A DNA stretch of 64,000 bases, taken from positions 11,293 through 75,292 of the forward strand of contig JAAXZI010000091.1 of NCBI GenBank assembly GCA_012719955.1, given 5' to 3'. A program made the translations under genes and the position numbers. Positions 16,968-25,011 of the stretch are shown in pieces. Each line of letters opens with the position of its first letter. Positions within the stretch are counted from its first letter, which is position 1. The notes under the pieces are model-generated. The model did not search any database, was not told the DNA's origin, and worked only from the letters and a program-made list of their open reading frames with translations. Source of the DNA: Phycisphaerae bacterium (GTDB lineage Bacteria > Planctomycetota > Phycisphaerae > UBA1845 > PWPN01).

Positions 16968-18041
16968 CTATGCCCCGATGTACCTGGCATAGATCGTCTT
17001 CGCCTCCTCCGGCTTGCTGGTTCCTTTGATGATGGCCCGGCCGTCGGCAAAGACCGTCACCTCGAAGGCATCCACTCGCGCCTTGAGCATGAAGGCATTG
17101 AAGCTCGGCTCACCCACCGAGACGGCCCTCATCTTGGCGGCGATGATCGCGAAGTCCACGCGCTGACCGGCCGGCGGTGTGACCTGAACCGCGTTACGGC
17201 CGCACAGCGTGGTCGCGCTGCTCGCCCAGCGGCCCTCGAGGTACTCGAACTGCCCGCGCTTGCAGCAGGGGCAGTCGCCCTCGTCATAGGCCTTCTGCAC
17301 CTTGAGCAGCGCGAAGCGGCCTGCCCACAGGTCGAAGCTCAGGAGCCGGCGATTCACGGCCTCGCGCCGGCCGGCGAGAATCTTGATCGCCTCGGCGGCC
17401 TGAAAACTGGCTACCATGTTGACGGCCGGACCGAGCACGCCGGCCGTATCACAGGTCGGGTTCATCTCCGGCGGCGGGGCCGTCTCGAAGACACAGCGCA
17501 GGCACGGCGTGTCGTGGGGCAGAATGGACAACGCCAGGCCTGTGGCTCCGATGACCGCGCCATAAACCCAGGGACGGTTGGTTTTCACACAAAAATCGTT
17601 GATCAGGAAACGCGTCTCAAAGTTGTCCGTGCCGTCCAGCAGCAGGTCCGCCCCGTCAGCGAGTTCTTCGATGTTGCGATGGGTCACATCGGCGATCCGG
17701 GCTTCGATCGTGACATTGGAGTTGATGCGTTGCAGCTTCCGGCGGGCGGCTTCGGCCTTGGGCAGGTTGGCGGCGATGTCGTCCTCGTCGAAGAGCACCT
17801 GACGCTGAAGATTATTGAGCTCGATAAAGTCGCGATCGACGATGCGAAGAAAGCCGACGCCCGCGCGGACGAGCGTGTTGGCGAGAACGCTGCCCAACGC
17901 GCCGCAGCCGATCAGCGTGACCCGCGCGGCCAGCAGTCGGCGCTGTCCCTCCTCGCCAAGCGGGGCGAAGAGCATCTGCCGCGAATAGCGGGCCAGCTCG
18001 GGGTCCTGCTCGATGGTGTGTGCCGCCTCATGGATAGCCAT
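16968..18041 (-). CDS. ThiF/MoeB/HesA family adenylyltransferase (E1-like) with a C-terminal extension
   Basis: Contains YSRQMLF, the Rossmann motif LIGCGALGS, zinc-type cysteine pairs CLRC and CPCC, and a roughly 100-aa C-terminal domain ending FADGRAIIKGTSKPEEAKTIYARYIGA. The ATG at 18041 was chosen because the upstream part of the ORF reads through repeats. Confidence 0.85.
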   Translation of the reverse strand: MAIHEAAHTIEQDPELARYSRQMLFAPLGEEGQRRLLAARVTLIGCGALGSVLANTLVRAGVGFLRIVDRDFIELNNLQRQVLFDEDDIAANLPKAEAARRKLQRINSNVTIEARIADVTHRNIEELADGADLLLDGTDNFETRFLINDFCVKTNRPWVYGAVIGATGLALSILPHDTPCLRCVFETAPPPEMNPTCDTAGVLGPAVNMVASFQAAEAIKILAGRREAVNRRLLSFDLWAGRFALLKVQKAYDEGDCPCCKRGQFEYLEGRWASSATTLCGRNAVQVTPPAGQRVDFAIIAAKMRAVSVGEPSFNAFMLKARVDAFEVTVFADGRAIIKGTSKPEEAKTIYARYIGA

Positions 18042-18118
18042 ACGAAGATTATACGGTGCAGGGATGAGCCGCCCACCATGGCCGGGGCGGGGGCCAGACG
18101 CCTTGACCCCGGGTTGAT

Positions 18119-18270
18119 GCCCTTTCCGGTCCAGGGGTCTCGCGCTTCGCCTTTTGAGGCGGGCAGGATGCCCGCCCCCCAGAAAGCCGGCCGGCGCCAT
18201 CGGGGGGCGGGCATCCTGCCCGCCTTAATTCCCTCGATGGGCAAGCATCTCGCCCGCCTGATCATGTGTG
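18119..18270. repeat. Family B composite repeat (GGCGGGCAGGATGCCCGCCCC palindromic modules)
   Basis: GAGGCGGGCAGGATGCCCGCCCCCCAGAAAGCCGGCCGG, its inverted partner GGGGCGGGCATCCTGCCCGCC, and GGCAAGCATCTCGCCCGCCTGATC are present. Modules are shared with 23845-23895 and 26994-27108. Confidence 0.8.
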
Positions 18271-18375
18271 CCGCTGCTCTTGAGCAGTGCCGAATGTTGA
18301 ATTTGTTCCAGCACGGCTCAAGAGTCGTGGCACCCAAAGCACGCTCCTTTCCGTCTCACCATCGCACACGGTCAT

Positions 18376-19191
18376 TTAGTCGTCTTTACCCAACTGGGCC
18401 AGGAAGCCTTCAGGCGGCGGCTCGTCGGCAGAGGATGTCTCTGCACTCGGCGTGGGAATCGGCGGATCGGTTCGCGTCACCGGCTCCGGCGATAACGACG
18501 GCACGCGGGGAGGATCCGCGTCGGGTCGCAGGGCGGATGCTTGTCTGGCTGGCGGTACCTGCGGCGTTTTGTGTTCCACGTCCGCCGGCGGATATTCGCT
18601 GATCGGTGGGGGCAGGGCCGGAACCTTCCGGGCCTCGGCTGGTGACTTTCGCTCGCGCTTCTTGGCGGCCAGGAGCCGATTCAGCGCCGCTTGCCGCGTG
18701 GCTGCATCGCTCGGTGACGGACCGGAGTCATCCTCTTCGTCTTCCGGCGGCGCGCTCGCCTCGCGCACGCCCGGCATCACGGACACCCCGCACCAGGCAT
18801 TCCAACTGACCTTGCCAGAACGCAGGAACAGCAAACCGAAAATGATTTGAAGAAACCCTTCCCAATCACGGTCGGCAAGCCAAATGACGCCGATCATGAC
18901 CAACAGAGCGCCGATCAGAAAACTGAGGATTGCGTCGATCAGCAGCGCGAGGCGCCACCCCAACCAGAGCCCCACCGCCGTCAGCCCCAGGGCCACCCCA
19001 CCCAGCCACAAGGTCGCGCTGAAGGCCGCGACCGAAAAATTGTAGAGCGGCCAGGTGCTGAGGCCGCGAAGGTTCCCCAGATAAAACGCAAAGAACAGCA
19101 TGAGTGCCGCGCCGATGGCGGCACCGAAGGCGATTTCGCTCATCCGCTTGCGGGCCAACTCGTCGTTCAGATCATAGTCCTGGTTGGGCAT
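18376..19191 (-). CDS. Membrane protein with a Pro-rich acidic C-terminal tail, function unknown
   Basis: Four hydrophobic helices in the N-terminal half are followed by a low-complexity P/E/S-rich tail. Confidence 0.55.
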   Translation of the reverse strand: MPNQDYDLNDELARKRMSEIAFGAAIGAALMLFFAFYLGNLRGLSTWPLYNFSVAAFSATLWLGGVALGLTAVGLWLGWRLALLIDAILSFLIGALLVMIGVIWLADRDWEGFLQIIFGLLFLRSGKVSWNAWCGVSVMPGVREASAPPEDEEDDSGPSPSDAATRQAALNRLLAAKKRERKSPAEARKVPALPPPISEYPPADVEHKTPQVPPARQASALRPDADPPRVPSLSPEPVTRTDPPIPTPSAETSSADEPPPEGFLAQLGKDD

Positions 19192-19405
19192 GGGCAGCCC
19201 TCATTGCAGACAAATCACTTTTCCAGCCCGGCCAGAACTGTCGAGAGCCGCGGGGCTAACGCTTATGCCCCACAGCGCAAAGTGGGCCATCTTGTGTACC
19301 GGCCGTTTTGCCCGTGAAACGGCCGGCACGGAGCCCGGCCGCTACGAGCTTGCGCTGCAGCGTTACACCTTTTCGCGTCCCGCGGGCCGGTTCTTTCTAC
19401 CAATT

Positions 19406-20818
19406 TCAGAAACGGTACAAGTCCACCCGCCGCTCGGCGAAGATGTGGGTGCGCGGTGCTACAAACTTGTCGCCGGCTTCGGCCAGGTCGATCTCCGCGA
19501 CCGCTTCGGTCAGGTTGGACTCATCGGTGCGGGCCCTTATCTCGCCATCCGGGCCGATAATGGCGGCCCAGCGGTCGGCCACGGCCATCGCGAAGACGCG
19601 ATTCTCCAGGGCCCGGGCGCGAAGGAGGGCCATATCCGCGGGCGCATCGAAGACCAGCAGAATCTCCGCGCCGTCCAGGGCCAGGTGACGGGCGGCGGCG
19701 AAGGAGCGCACCCACTGACCGGCCACGCAGCCCACACGGGCCGGCCCCAGTCGGAACACCTTTGTCTCAGTGGGGAAGCCCAAGGCATGGATATCGAACG
19801 CCCGGGCCAGCATGGCCAACTGCTCGGCCGACGACTCCAGGGCCATGTTGACCAGCAACAGCTTGACGTCTTGGCGGGCAAGCGGCTCAAAGAGGGACTC
19901 GCCCATGCCCCCCGTATAGCGTGTGTTGGCCACCGCGCCGGGCATGGCCGCCACGCGGAAGCGCCGCGACGCCCCGTCCCCGGCCGGTGCAGGCTCACGC
20001 CGGGCCAGCAGGGCCTCACGCCGGGCTTCGGTGAGCCAGACGCGCCGGGGCCGGCCACGCGACACCCGGGCCGCAATGACGGCGCCGCCGGTAGCGGGGG
20101 CTTCGGCGGCCGTGGTGCCATCCGCGCGCACAATGCGGCTCTGGCCCACGTAGCCGACCGCGCCCAGTTCCAGGCCGGACTTGTCAGCGCAGACCAACGG
20201 CACGCCAAACTCGCGCGCCCGGGCCTCGATCAGAAAGTCCACTTGGGGGTTGTAGAACTGGCCTGGTTCGCGGGCCGCGTTGATCCAGCAGGTGGGCAGG
20301 GCGATCAGCTCGGCGCCGTCCGCGACAAGAGTGGCAAACACTTCCGGAACCCGGGCTTCAGCACAAATGGCCACACCGATTCGCCCGAGGGCCGTGTCGA
20401 AGGCGCGAATGTCGTTACCGGGGGCAAACCAGTCGTGATCGGCGTTCCAGAGAAAGCGTTTGCGGCTGCGGCCGATTTCCCGGCCATGGTCGTCAATCAG
20501 CACGGCCGCGTTGTGCAGACACTGGCCGGTATCCTCAACAAAACCGCTGATGATGTGCAGGCGGAAGCGCGCCGCCCGTTCGGACAGCCATTCGACGAAC
20601 TGCTCACCGCTCAGGTGATCTCCGGCCCGGTAGGACGTCACCGAACCCAGCAGGTAGGCCGGATAGGCACATTCCGGCAGGACCAGGAGTTGCACACGCA
20701 GGTGGGCCGCCCGGGTGATAGCCGCATCAATGGCCGCGAGCGTAGCCGGTGCTTCGTTCATTAAGCGAGCCTCGATCTGGCCCGCGGCAGCGATAATCGT
20801 GTCGGTTGGGTCCGCCAT
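19406..20818 (-). CDS. Carbon-nitrogen hydrolase (nitrilase superfamily) with two tandem domains
   Basis: The first domain has the E-K-C contexts (LVLPECAYP, RKRFLW, VAICAE). The second domain, roughly the last 190 aa, has the fold pattern but no obvious catalytic Glu or Cys. Confidence 0.7.
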   Translation of the reverse strand: MADPTDTIIAAAGQIEARLMNEAPATLAAIDAAITRAAHLRVQLLVLPECAYPAYLLGSVTSYRAGDHLSGEQFVEWLSERAARFRLHIISGFVEDTGQCLHNAAVLIDDHGREIGRSRKRFLWNADHDWFAPGNDIRAFDTALGRIGVAICAEARVPEVFATLVADGAELIALPTCWINAAREPGQFYNPQVDFLIEARAREFGVPLVCADKSGLELGAVGYVGQSRIVRADGTTAAEAPATGGAVIAARVSRGRPRRVWLTEARREALLARREPAPAGDGASRRFRVAAMPGAVANTRYTGGMGESLFEPLARQDVKLLLVNMALESSAEQLAMLARAFDIHALGFPTETKVFRLGPARVGCVAGQWVRSFAAARHLALDGAEILLVFDAPADMALLRARALENRVFAMAVADRWAAIIGPDGEIRARTDESNLTEAVAEIDLAEAGDKFVAPRTHIFAERRVDLYRF

Positions 20819-20929
20819 ACGCGCGAGAATCGTAGGCGGCCGGGGAATGCTTTGCAATGCTGAGTGGTGTTTCTATAATTCCTTACGCTGGGCGTAAACT
20901 TCCGAATCTGCCGACTACGATAAAGCATC

Positions 20930-21946
20930 ATGCCTGAGCGAGACTATTACGAGGTGCTGGGCGTGCCGCGCACGGCCAGTGCAGACGAAATCAAGCGGGC
21001 CTATCGCAAACTGGCCAAGCAATACCATCCTGACCGCAACCCGGGCAACAAGAGTGCCGAGGCCCGGTTTCGAGAGGTCCAGGCGGCCTACGACGTTCTG
21101 GGGGATGCGGAGAAGCGCAGGGCCTACGACCAGTGGGGCCACGCCGGCGTAGGGGGCGGCGGCGGGCCGGGGGGCGCGGCCGGATGGCGGGCCGGACCGA
21201 GCGGCGAACGGGTGTATACGTGGCGTTCCGGCGGACCGGATATCCCCATTGAGGACCTGGACGACCTCATCGGCGCCTTTGCCCGCGCCCGTCAGGGACG
21301 AAGAGGCGGGGGCGGCGGGATTTTCGAGGAGCTCTTCGGCGGCTTTCGCGGCCGCGGCGGACGCGGTGTGCAGGCCGAGGAGGAGCCGCCCGGCAGTCGC
21401 GATATCGAACACGAAATCGAGCTCACCTTTGATCAGGCTGTTCGGGGAACAACCCTGGATCTGCGGCTGACTCCCACGGACGGACACGGCCATTCCGAGA
21501 ATATCAGGGTGAAAATCCCGGCCGGTGTGGCTGATGGGCAGCGAATCCGGGTGAAGGGCAAAGGTCAGCCTGGCGGCCCGGGCATGCCCCCGGGAGATCT
21601 CTATATTGTCACCCGCGTTGCGCCGCATCCGTATTTCCGCAGGCTGGGCAACGACATTTATCTGGACTTGCCCCTGACCATCAGCGAGGCGACCCTGGGG
21701 GCCAAGGTGTCCATTCCGACCCTGGCCGGTCCAACCGTGTTGACCATCCCCCCGGGAACGCCCAGCGGGGCCAAGCTGCGGCTCAAAGGCAAGGGGGTGA
21801 CGCCCGCTGGCGGAAAACCGCCCGGGGACCAGTACGCCGTCGTCCGGATTGTCCCGCCCAAAAACCTGACCCCCCGCCAACGCGAGCTGTTGGAGCAGTT
21901 CCGCGAGACGGGTGAAGGCAATCCGCGAGAGAATCTGGGCTGGTAA
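20930..21946 (+). CDS. cbpA: J-domain co-chaperone of the CbpA type (no zinc-finger domain)
   Basis: Contains [14 protein letters not shown], a Gly-rich linker and DnaJ C-terminal domains. No CxxCxGxG repeats are present. Confidence 0.8.
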   Translation: MPERDYYEVLGVPRTASADEIKRAYRKLAKQYHPDRNPGNKSAEARFREVQAAYDVLGDAEKRRAYDQWGHAGVGGGGGPGGAAGWRAGPSGERVYTWRSGGPDIPIEDLDDLIGAFARARQGRRGGGGGIFEELFGGFRGRGGRGVQAEEEPPGSRDIEHEIELTFDQAVRGTTLDLRLTPTDGHGHSENIRVKIPAGVADGQRIRVKGKGQPGGPGMPPGDLYIVTRVAPHPYFRRLGNDIYLDLPLTISEATLGAKVSIPTLAGPTVLTIPPGTPSGAKLRLKGKGVTPAGGKPPGDQYAVVRIVPPKNLTPRQRELLEQFRETGEGNPRENLGW

Positions 21947-22014
21947 GCTCTGCAGTGATGGAGAGGCCTCTTGGCGGCGGGTAGAATGTCAGGACGAGGT
22001 CGCAGGAAATCACC

Positions 22015-22425
22015 ATGGCCGGAGTCCAAGAGGAGAATCGCCGTCGTATCGCCCTGCTGCTCATGGGCTTAGGCCTATTCTTCATTTTGCTGGGCGTTGG
22101 GCTAGGCGCACATCATTGTGAGACGTTGGCGGAATCCCGGGAAGGTTTCAGCGGTTCCACAGTCTCCACCACGCAACTAAGTCGCGATCAACAGGCCAAC
22201 GTGCTTCGGCAGGTTCTGTTCCTGGTGGTGGTGCTCGTGGGCATCCTGGGGGTGAGCCTGTATGCCTTCAAAGTCTGGAGCCGCCGCTTTCGACAAATGT
22301 TACTGCGCAAACCCGCTCCGCCCACCCCGAATGAGGATGTCTGGGCGATGCATCGGTTGCCGGACGACGCCGAAGACCAAGACCCCGACTGGTCCGATAA
22401 GGATGACGCGGATCGCACCGGGTAA
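22015..22425 (+). CDS. Membrane protein, function unknown
   Basis: AGGAAA lies upstream of the ATG. It has two helices and an acidic C-terminus. Confidence 0.5.
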   Translation: MAGVQEENRRRIALLLMGLGLFFILLGVGLGAHHCETLAESREGFSGSTVSTTQLSRDQQANVLRQVLFLVVVLVGILGVSLYAFKVWSRRFRQMLLRKPAPPTPNEDVWAMHRLPDDAEDQDPDWSDKDDADRTG

Positions 22426-22686
22426 AAAGGGCCGGGCGCCTGCTCGATGGAGCAATGGCACCGTGGCCCTTGCGCTGGGATAGCGGTTAGGTAATTCGGC
22501 GAATAGATGAATTCGGTTGCCCCTGATGGTGAAAGTATTCTAGCGTAGTGCGCAATAAAGTAAAAGATATTGAAGATCGAAAAAGAAGATAAGTTTTGTT
22601 TGGAGGCTGATAACTTTGAATTAAAAAATGGGCAGGCAAGGATCTTGTCAGCTTTCTAAACCGCGTTGCAGACGGGAGAACCACAC

Positions 22687-23817
22687 ATGAGTTCACCGGA
22701 TTATCCCATGAACGGTGATCGAGGCCCAGATAACCGGTTCAGCTTTGCGCTCGGCGGTCTGGGGGTGCTGGCGGCTCTCATCGCCGCAGCAAGTATCGCT
22801 GGCGCAGTGGTCCTGCTTCGCCGACAGGGTTATCAATTCTCCGCTGGGGATATTACCCTATTCGGAGTCATCCTTCTCCTTGGCGTTTGCGGAATCGGAT
22901 TGGCCCTGGCCGCCATTGGGAATCGGCGGCAACTGAGACGCCTGGGGGAGCAACTCAGCTCGCTGGAACAGCGCACCGCAATTATTGCAGAACAGAGCGT
23001 CGCCAAAGGGCGGGCGGAGCCGCCCGCGCCGGTGCCGCACATCGATCCGGCGGAACTCCGGGCCATCCTGGCCGAGATTCGTGACATTCTGCTGTTGCCG
23101 CAGGAACATCGCCTGCGGCGGTACCAGGCCCTGGTGGAGGCGGAGTATACCCGCCGGCTGGCGGCAGCGGAGCGTTTTATCGCCTCGCGCGATTTCCACC
23201 GGGCCCGCGCGGAACTGACCGCACTGACGCAACGCTTTGAAATGGACGATCGCATTCGCGACGCCCGGAATCGGCTCGAACAGGCCGCGGATGAAGCCCG
23301 GGCCCAGGACATTGCCCAGGCCGCCACGCGCATTCAGGATCTCATGGGCCTGGGTCGCTGGGCGGAAGCCGAACATCTGGCCCGGGAGTTGGCCGACAAG
23401 TATCCGGCCGCGGGCGATGCGGCCGCCCTGTTAGAACGGGTCAGTCGCGAACGGCGCTTGTTCGAGCAGCGGCATCGGCAACGCATGCTCGAAGAGATTC
23501 AACAACTTGTCCACCAGCGCCGCTGGCGCGAGGCGGCCGAGGGCACCCGCCGGTTCCTGGAGATGTTCCCCAATGACATCGAGGCTCCGCCACTGCGCGA
23601 GCAGTTGAAGACGCTGGATGCCAACGCCGAAATTCAGACCCGCCAGCAACTGGAAGCACAGTACAAGGAACTTATCCAGCAACACCGCTACTGGGACGCC
23701 GTGGGCCTGGCCAATCGGATCATCGCCCAATACCCGATGAGCCCGCAGGCCAACGCCCTCCGCGGCCAGATCGGCCGGCTGGAAGAGCTGGCCCGGCGGT
23801 ACGAACCACAGCGCTAG
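22687..23817 (+). CDS. Membrane-anchored helical-repeat/coiled-coil protein, function unknown
   Basis: Two N-terminal helices are followed by a long Arg/Glu/Ala-rich helical region with TPR-like periodicity. Confidence 0.55.
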   Translation: MSSPDYPMNGDRGPDNRFSFALGGLGVLAALIAAASIAGAVVLLRRQGYQFSAGDITLFGVILLLGVCGIGLALAAIGNRRQLRRLGEQLSSLEQRTAIIAEQSVAKGRAEPPAPVPHIDPAELRAILAEIRDILLLPQEHRLRRYQALVEAEYTRRLAAAERFIASRDFHRARAELTALTQRFEMDDRIRDARNRLEQAADEARAQDIAQAATRIQDLMGLGRWAEAEHLARELADKYPAAGDAAALLERVSRERRLFEQRHRQRMLEEIQQLVHQRRWREAAEGTRRFLEMFPNDIEAPPLREQLKTLDANAEIQTRQQLEAQYKELIQQHRYWDAVGLANRIIAQYPMSPQANALRGQIGRLEELARRYEPQR

Positions 23818-23844
23818 TGCCGTTTGCAGTACACTCGTTTCTCG

Positions 23845-23895
23845 TCGGATCAGGCGGGCAAGATGCCCCTCCCCCCAGAAAAGCCGGCCGTGCGC
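23845..23895 (+). repeat. Family B repeat (short copy)
   Basis: TCGGATCAGGCGGGCAAGATGCC is identical over 22 nt to 26995-27017, followed by CCCCAGAAAAGCCGGCCG as in 18172-18192. Confidence 0.75.
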
Positions 23896-24013
23896 AATGG
23901 TGAGACAGCCAGGCGCACGATGAGTGGGCCACGACTCTGGCCTTCAGGATGCGGGGCTCGACAGCTATAATGTGCGATTGCAACACTGCGGATCCACCCG
24001 CACAGGAGAGCGC

Positions 24014-24913
24014 ATGACTTCGTCAGCCGCCCCGTTCAACATTCTGGACGCTCTCGCCGCCTGGGCGCGGCGCTTTGAGAAAACGCTGGACTCGATGCTG
24101 ACTCCCGAGGCCGACGTGCCGCCGCGGCTGGCAGAAGCGATGCGCTATGCGGTGCTTGATGGCGGGAAGCGCATCCGACCGTTCATCGTGACGCGGGGCT
24201 GCGAATTGTGCGGCGGCACCTTCGAGCAGGCCGCTCCCGCCGCCGTCGCGCTGGAGTGCGTGCACGCCTTTTCACTGGTGCATGACGACCTGCCGGCCAT
24301 GGACAACGACGACCTGCGCCGCGGGCGGCCGACCTGCCACAAAGCCTTCGGCGAGGCCATTGCCATTCTCGCCGGCGACGGGTTGTTGGCGTTGGCCTTT
24401 GAAATTCTCGCTACGCGCATTCCAGACCCGGCACGGGCGGTGCAGGCGGTGGCCGAACTGGCCCGGGGCACCGGTTGGGCGGGCATGATCGCCGGCCAGA
24501 CCAACGACATGCTCGGCGAGGGGCAGACGCCGGACCTGGCCCTGACCCGACAGATTCACCTGCAAAAGACCGCCCGGCTGTTCGAGGCTGCCGGCCGGTT
24601 GGGAGCGATCTGCGCGGGGGCGCACACGCCTCTGGGCGATGCCCTGGCCGATTATGGACGCCATCTGGGGCGGGCGTTTCAGATCGCCGACGACCTGCTG
24701 GACGTGACCGGGACGGCCGACCAGATGGGCAAGGCCGTGGCCAAGGACGCCGACGCGGGCAAACAGACGTATCCGGCAGCGGTCGGCGTCACCGCCAGCC
24801 GGGAGGCCGCACAGGAAGCCGCCTTATCGAGCGTGCGGGCGCTCGATGTTTTCGGACCTTCCGCTGACGATCTTCGAGCTCTGGCCCGCTTTGTCGTGGA
24901 ACGACGGAAATAA
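24014..24913 (+). CDS. ispA: Polyprenyl diphosphate synthase (FPP/GGPP synthase)
   Basis: First DDxxD-type motif in LVHDDLPAMDNDDLRRGRPT, second in FQIADDLLD. AGGAGAG lies upstream of the ATG at 24014. Confidence 0.85.
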   Translation: MTSSAAPFNILDALAAWARRFEKTLDSMLTPEADVPPRLAEAMRYAVLDGGKRIRPFIVTRGCELCGGTFEQAAPAAVALECVHAFSLVHDDLPAMDNDDLRRGRPTCHKAFGEAIAILAGDGLLALAFEILATRIPDPARAVQAVAELARGTGWAGMIAGQTNDMLGEGQTPDLALTRQIHLQKTARLFEAAGRLGAICAGAHTPLGDALADYGRHLGRAFQIADDLLDVTGTADQMGKAVAKDADAGKQTYPAAVGVTASREAAQEAALSSVRALDVFGPSADDLRALARFVVERRK

Positions 24914-25011
24914 ATCTCCGCTTTTCTCCTCCCTGCATGTACTGGCCGTCGTATTAAAATGAGCGTACCATGGGCCCTTTTTGTGTCGGGCCTTATACCG
25001 GAAGTGATCAA

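Noticed and set aside
16968-17300. C-terminal domain of the E1 as a fused ThiS/MoaD-like carrier.
   Set aside because: The protein ends ..YARYIGA rather than GG. The FADGRAIIKGT..A..Y..YIG pattern looks like the C-terminal extension I recall from long ThiF/MoeB proteins of other bacteria, not a beta-grasp tail.
18042-18200. N-terminal extensions of several ORF-track entries (16968-18200, 4779-5465, 12702-13721, 23924-24913, 49266-50894, 258-1148).
   Set aside because: The extensions read through repeat elements or lack Shine-Dalgarno support. Internal ATGs coincide with family-typical N-termini (MAIHEAAH.., MPYIW.., MPELPEV.., MTSSAAPF.., MRRWLVW.., MSLKVLAF..).
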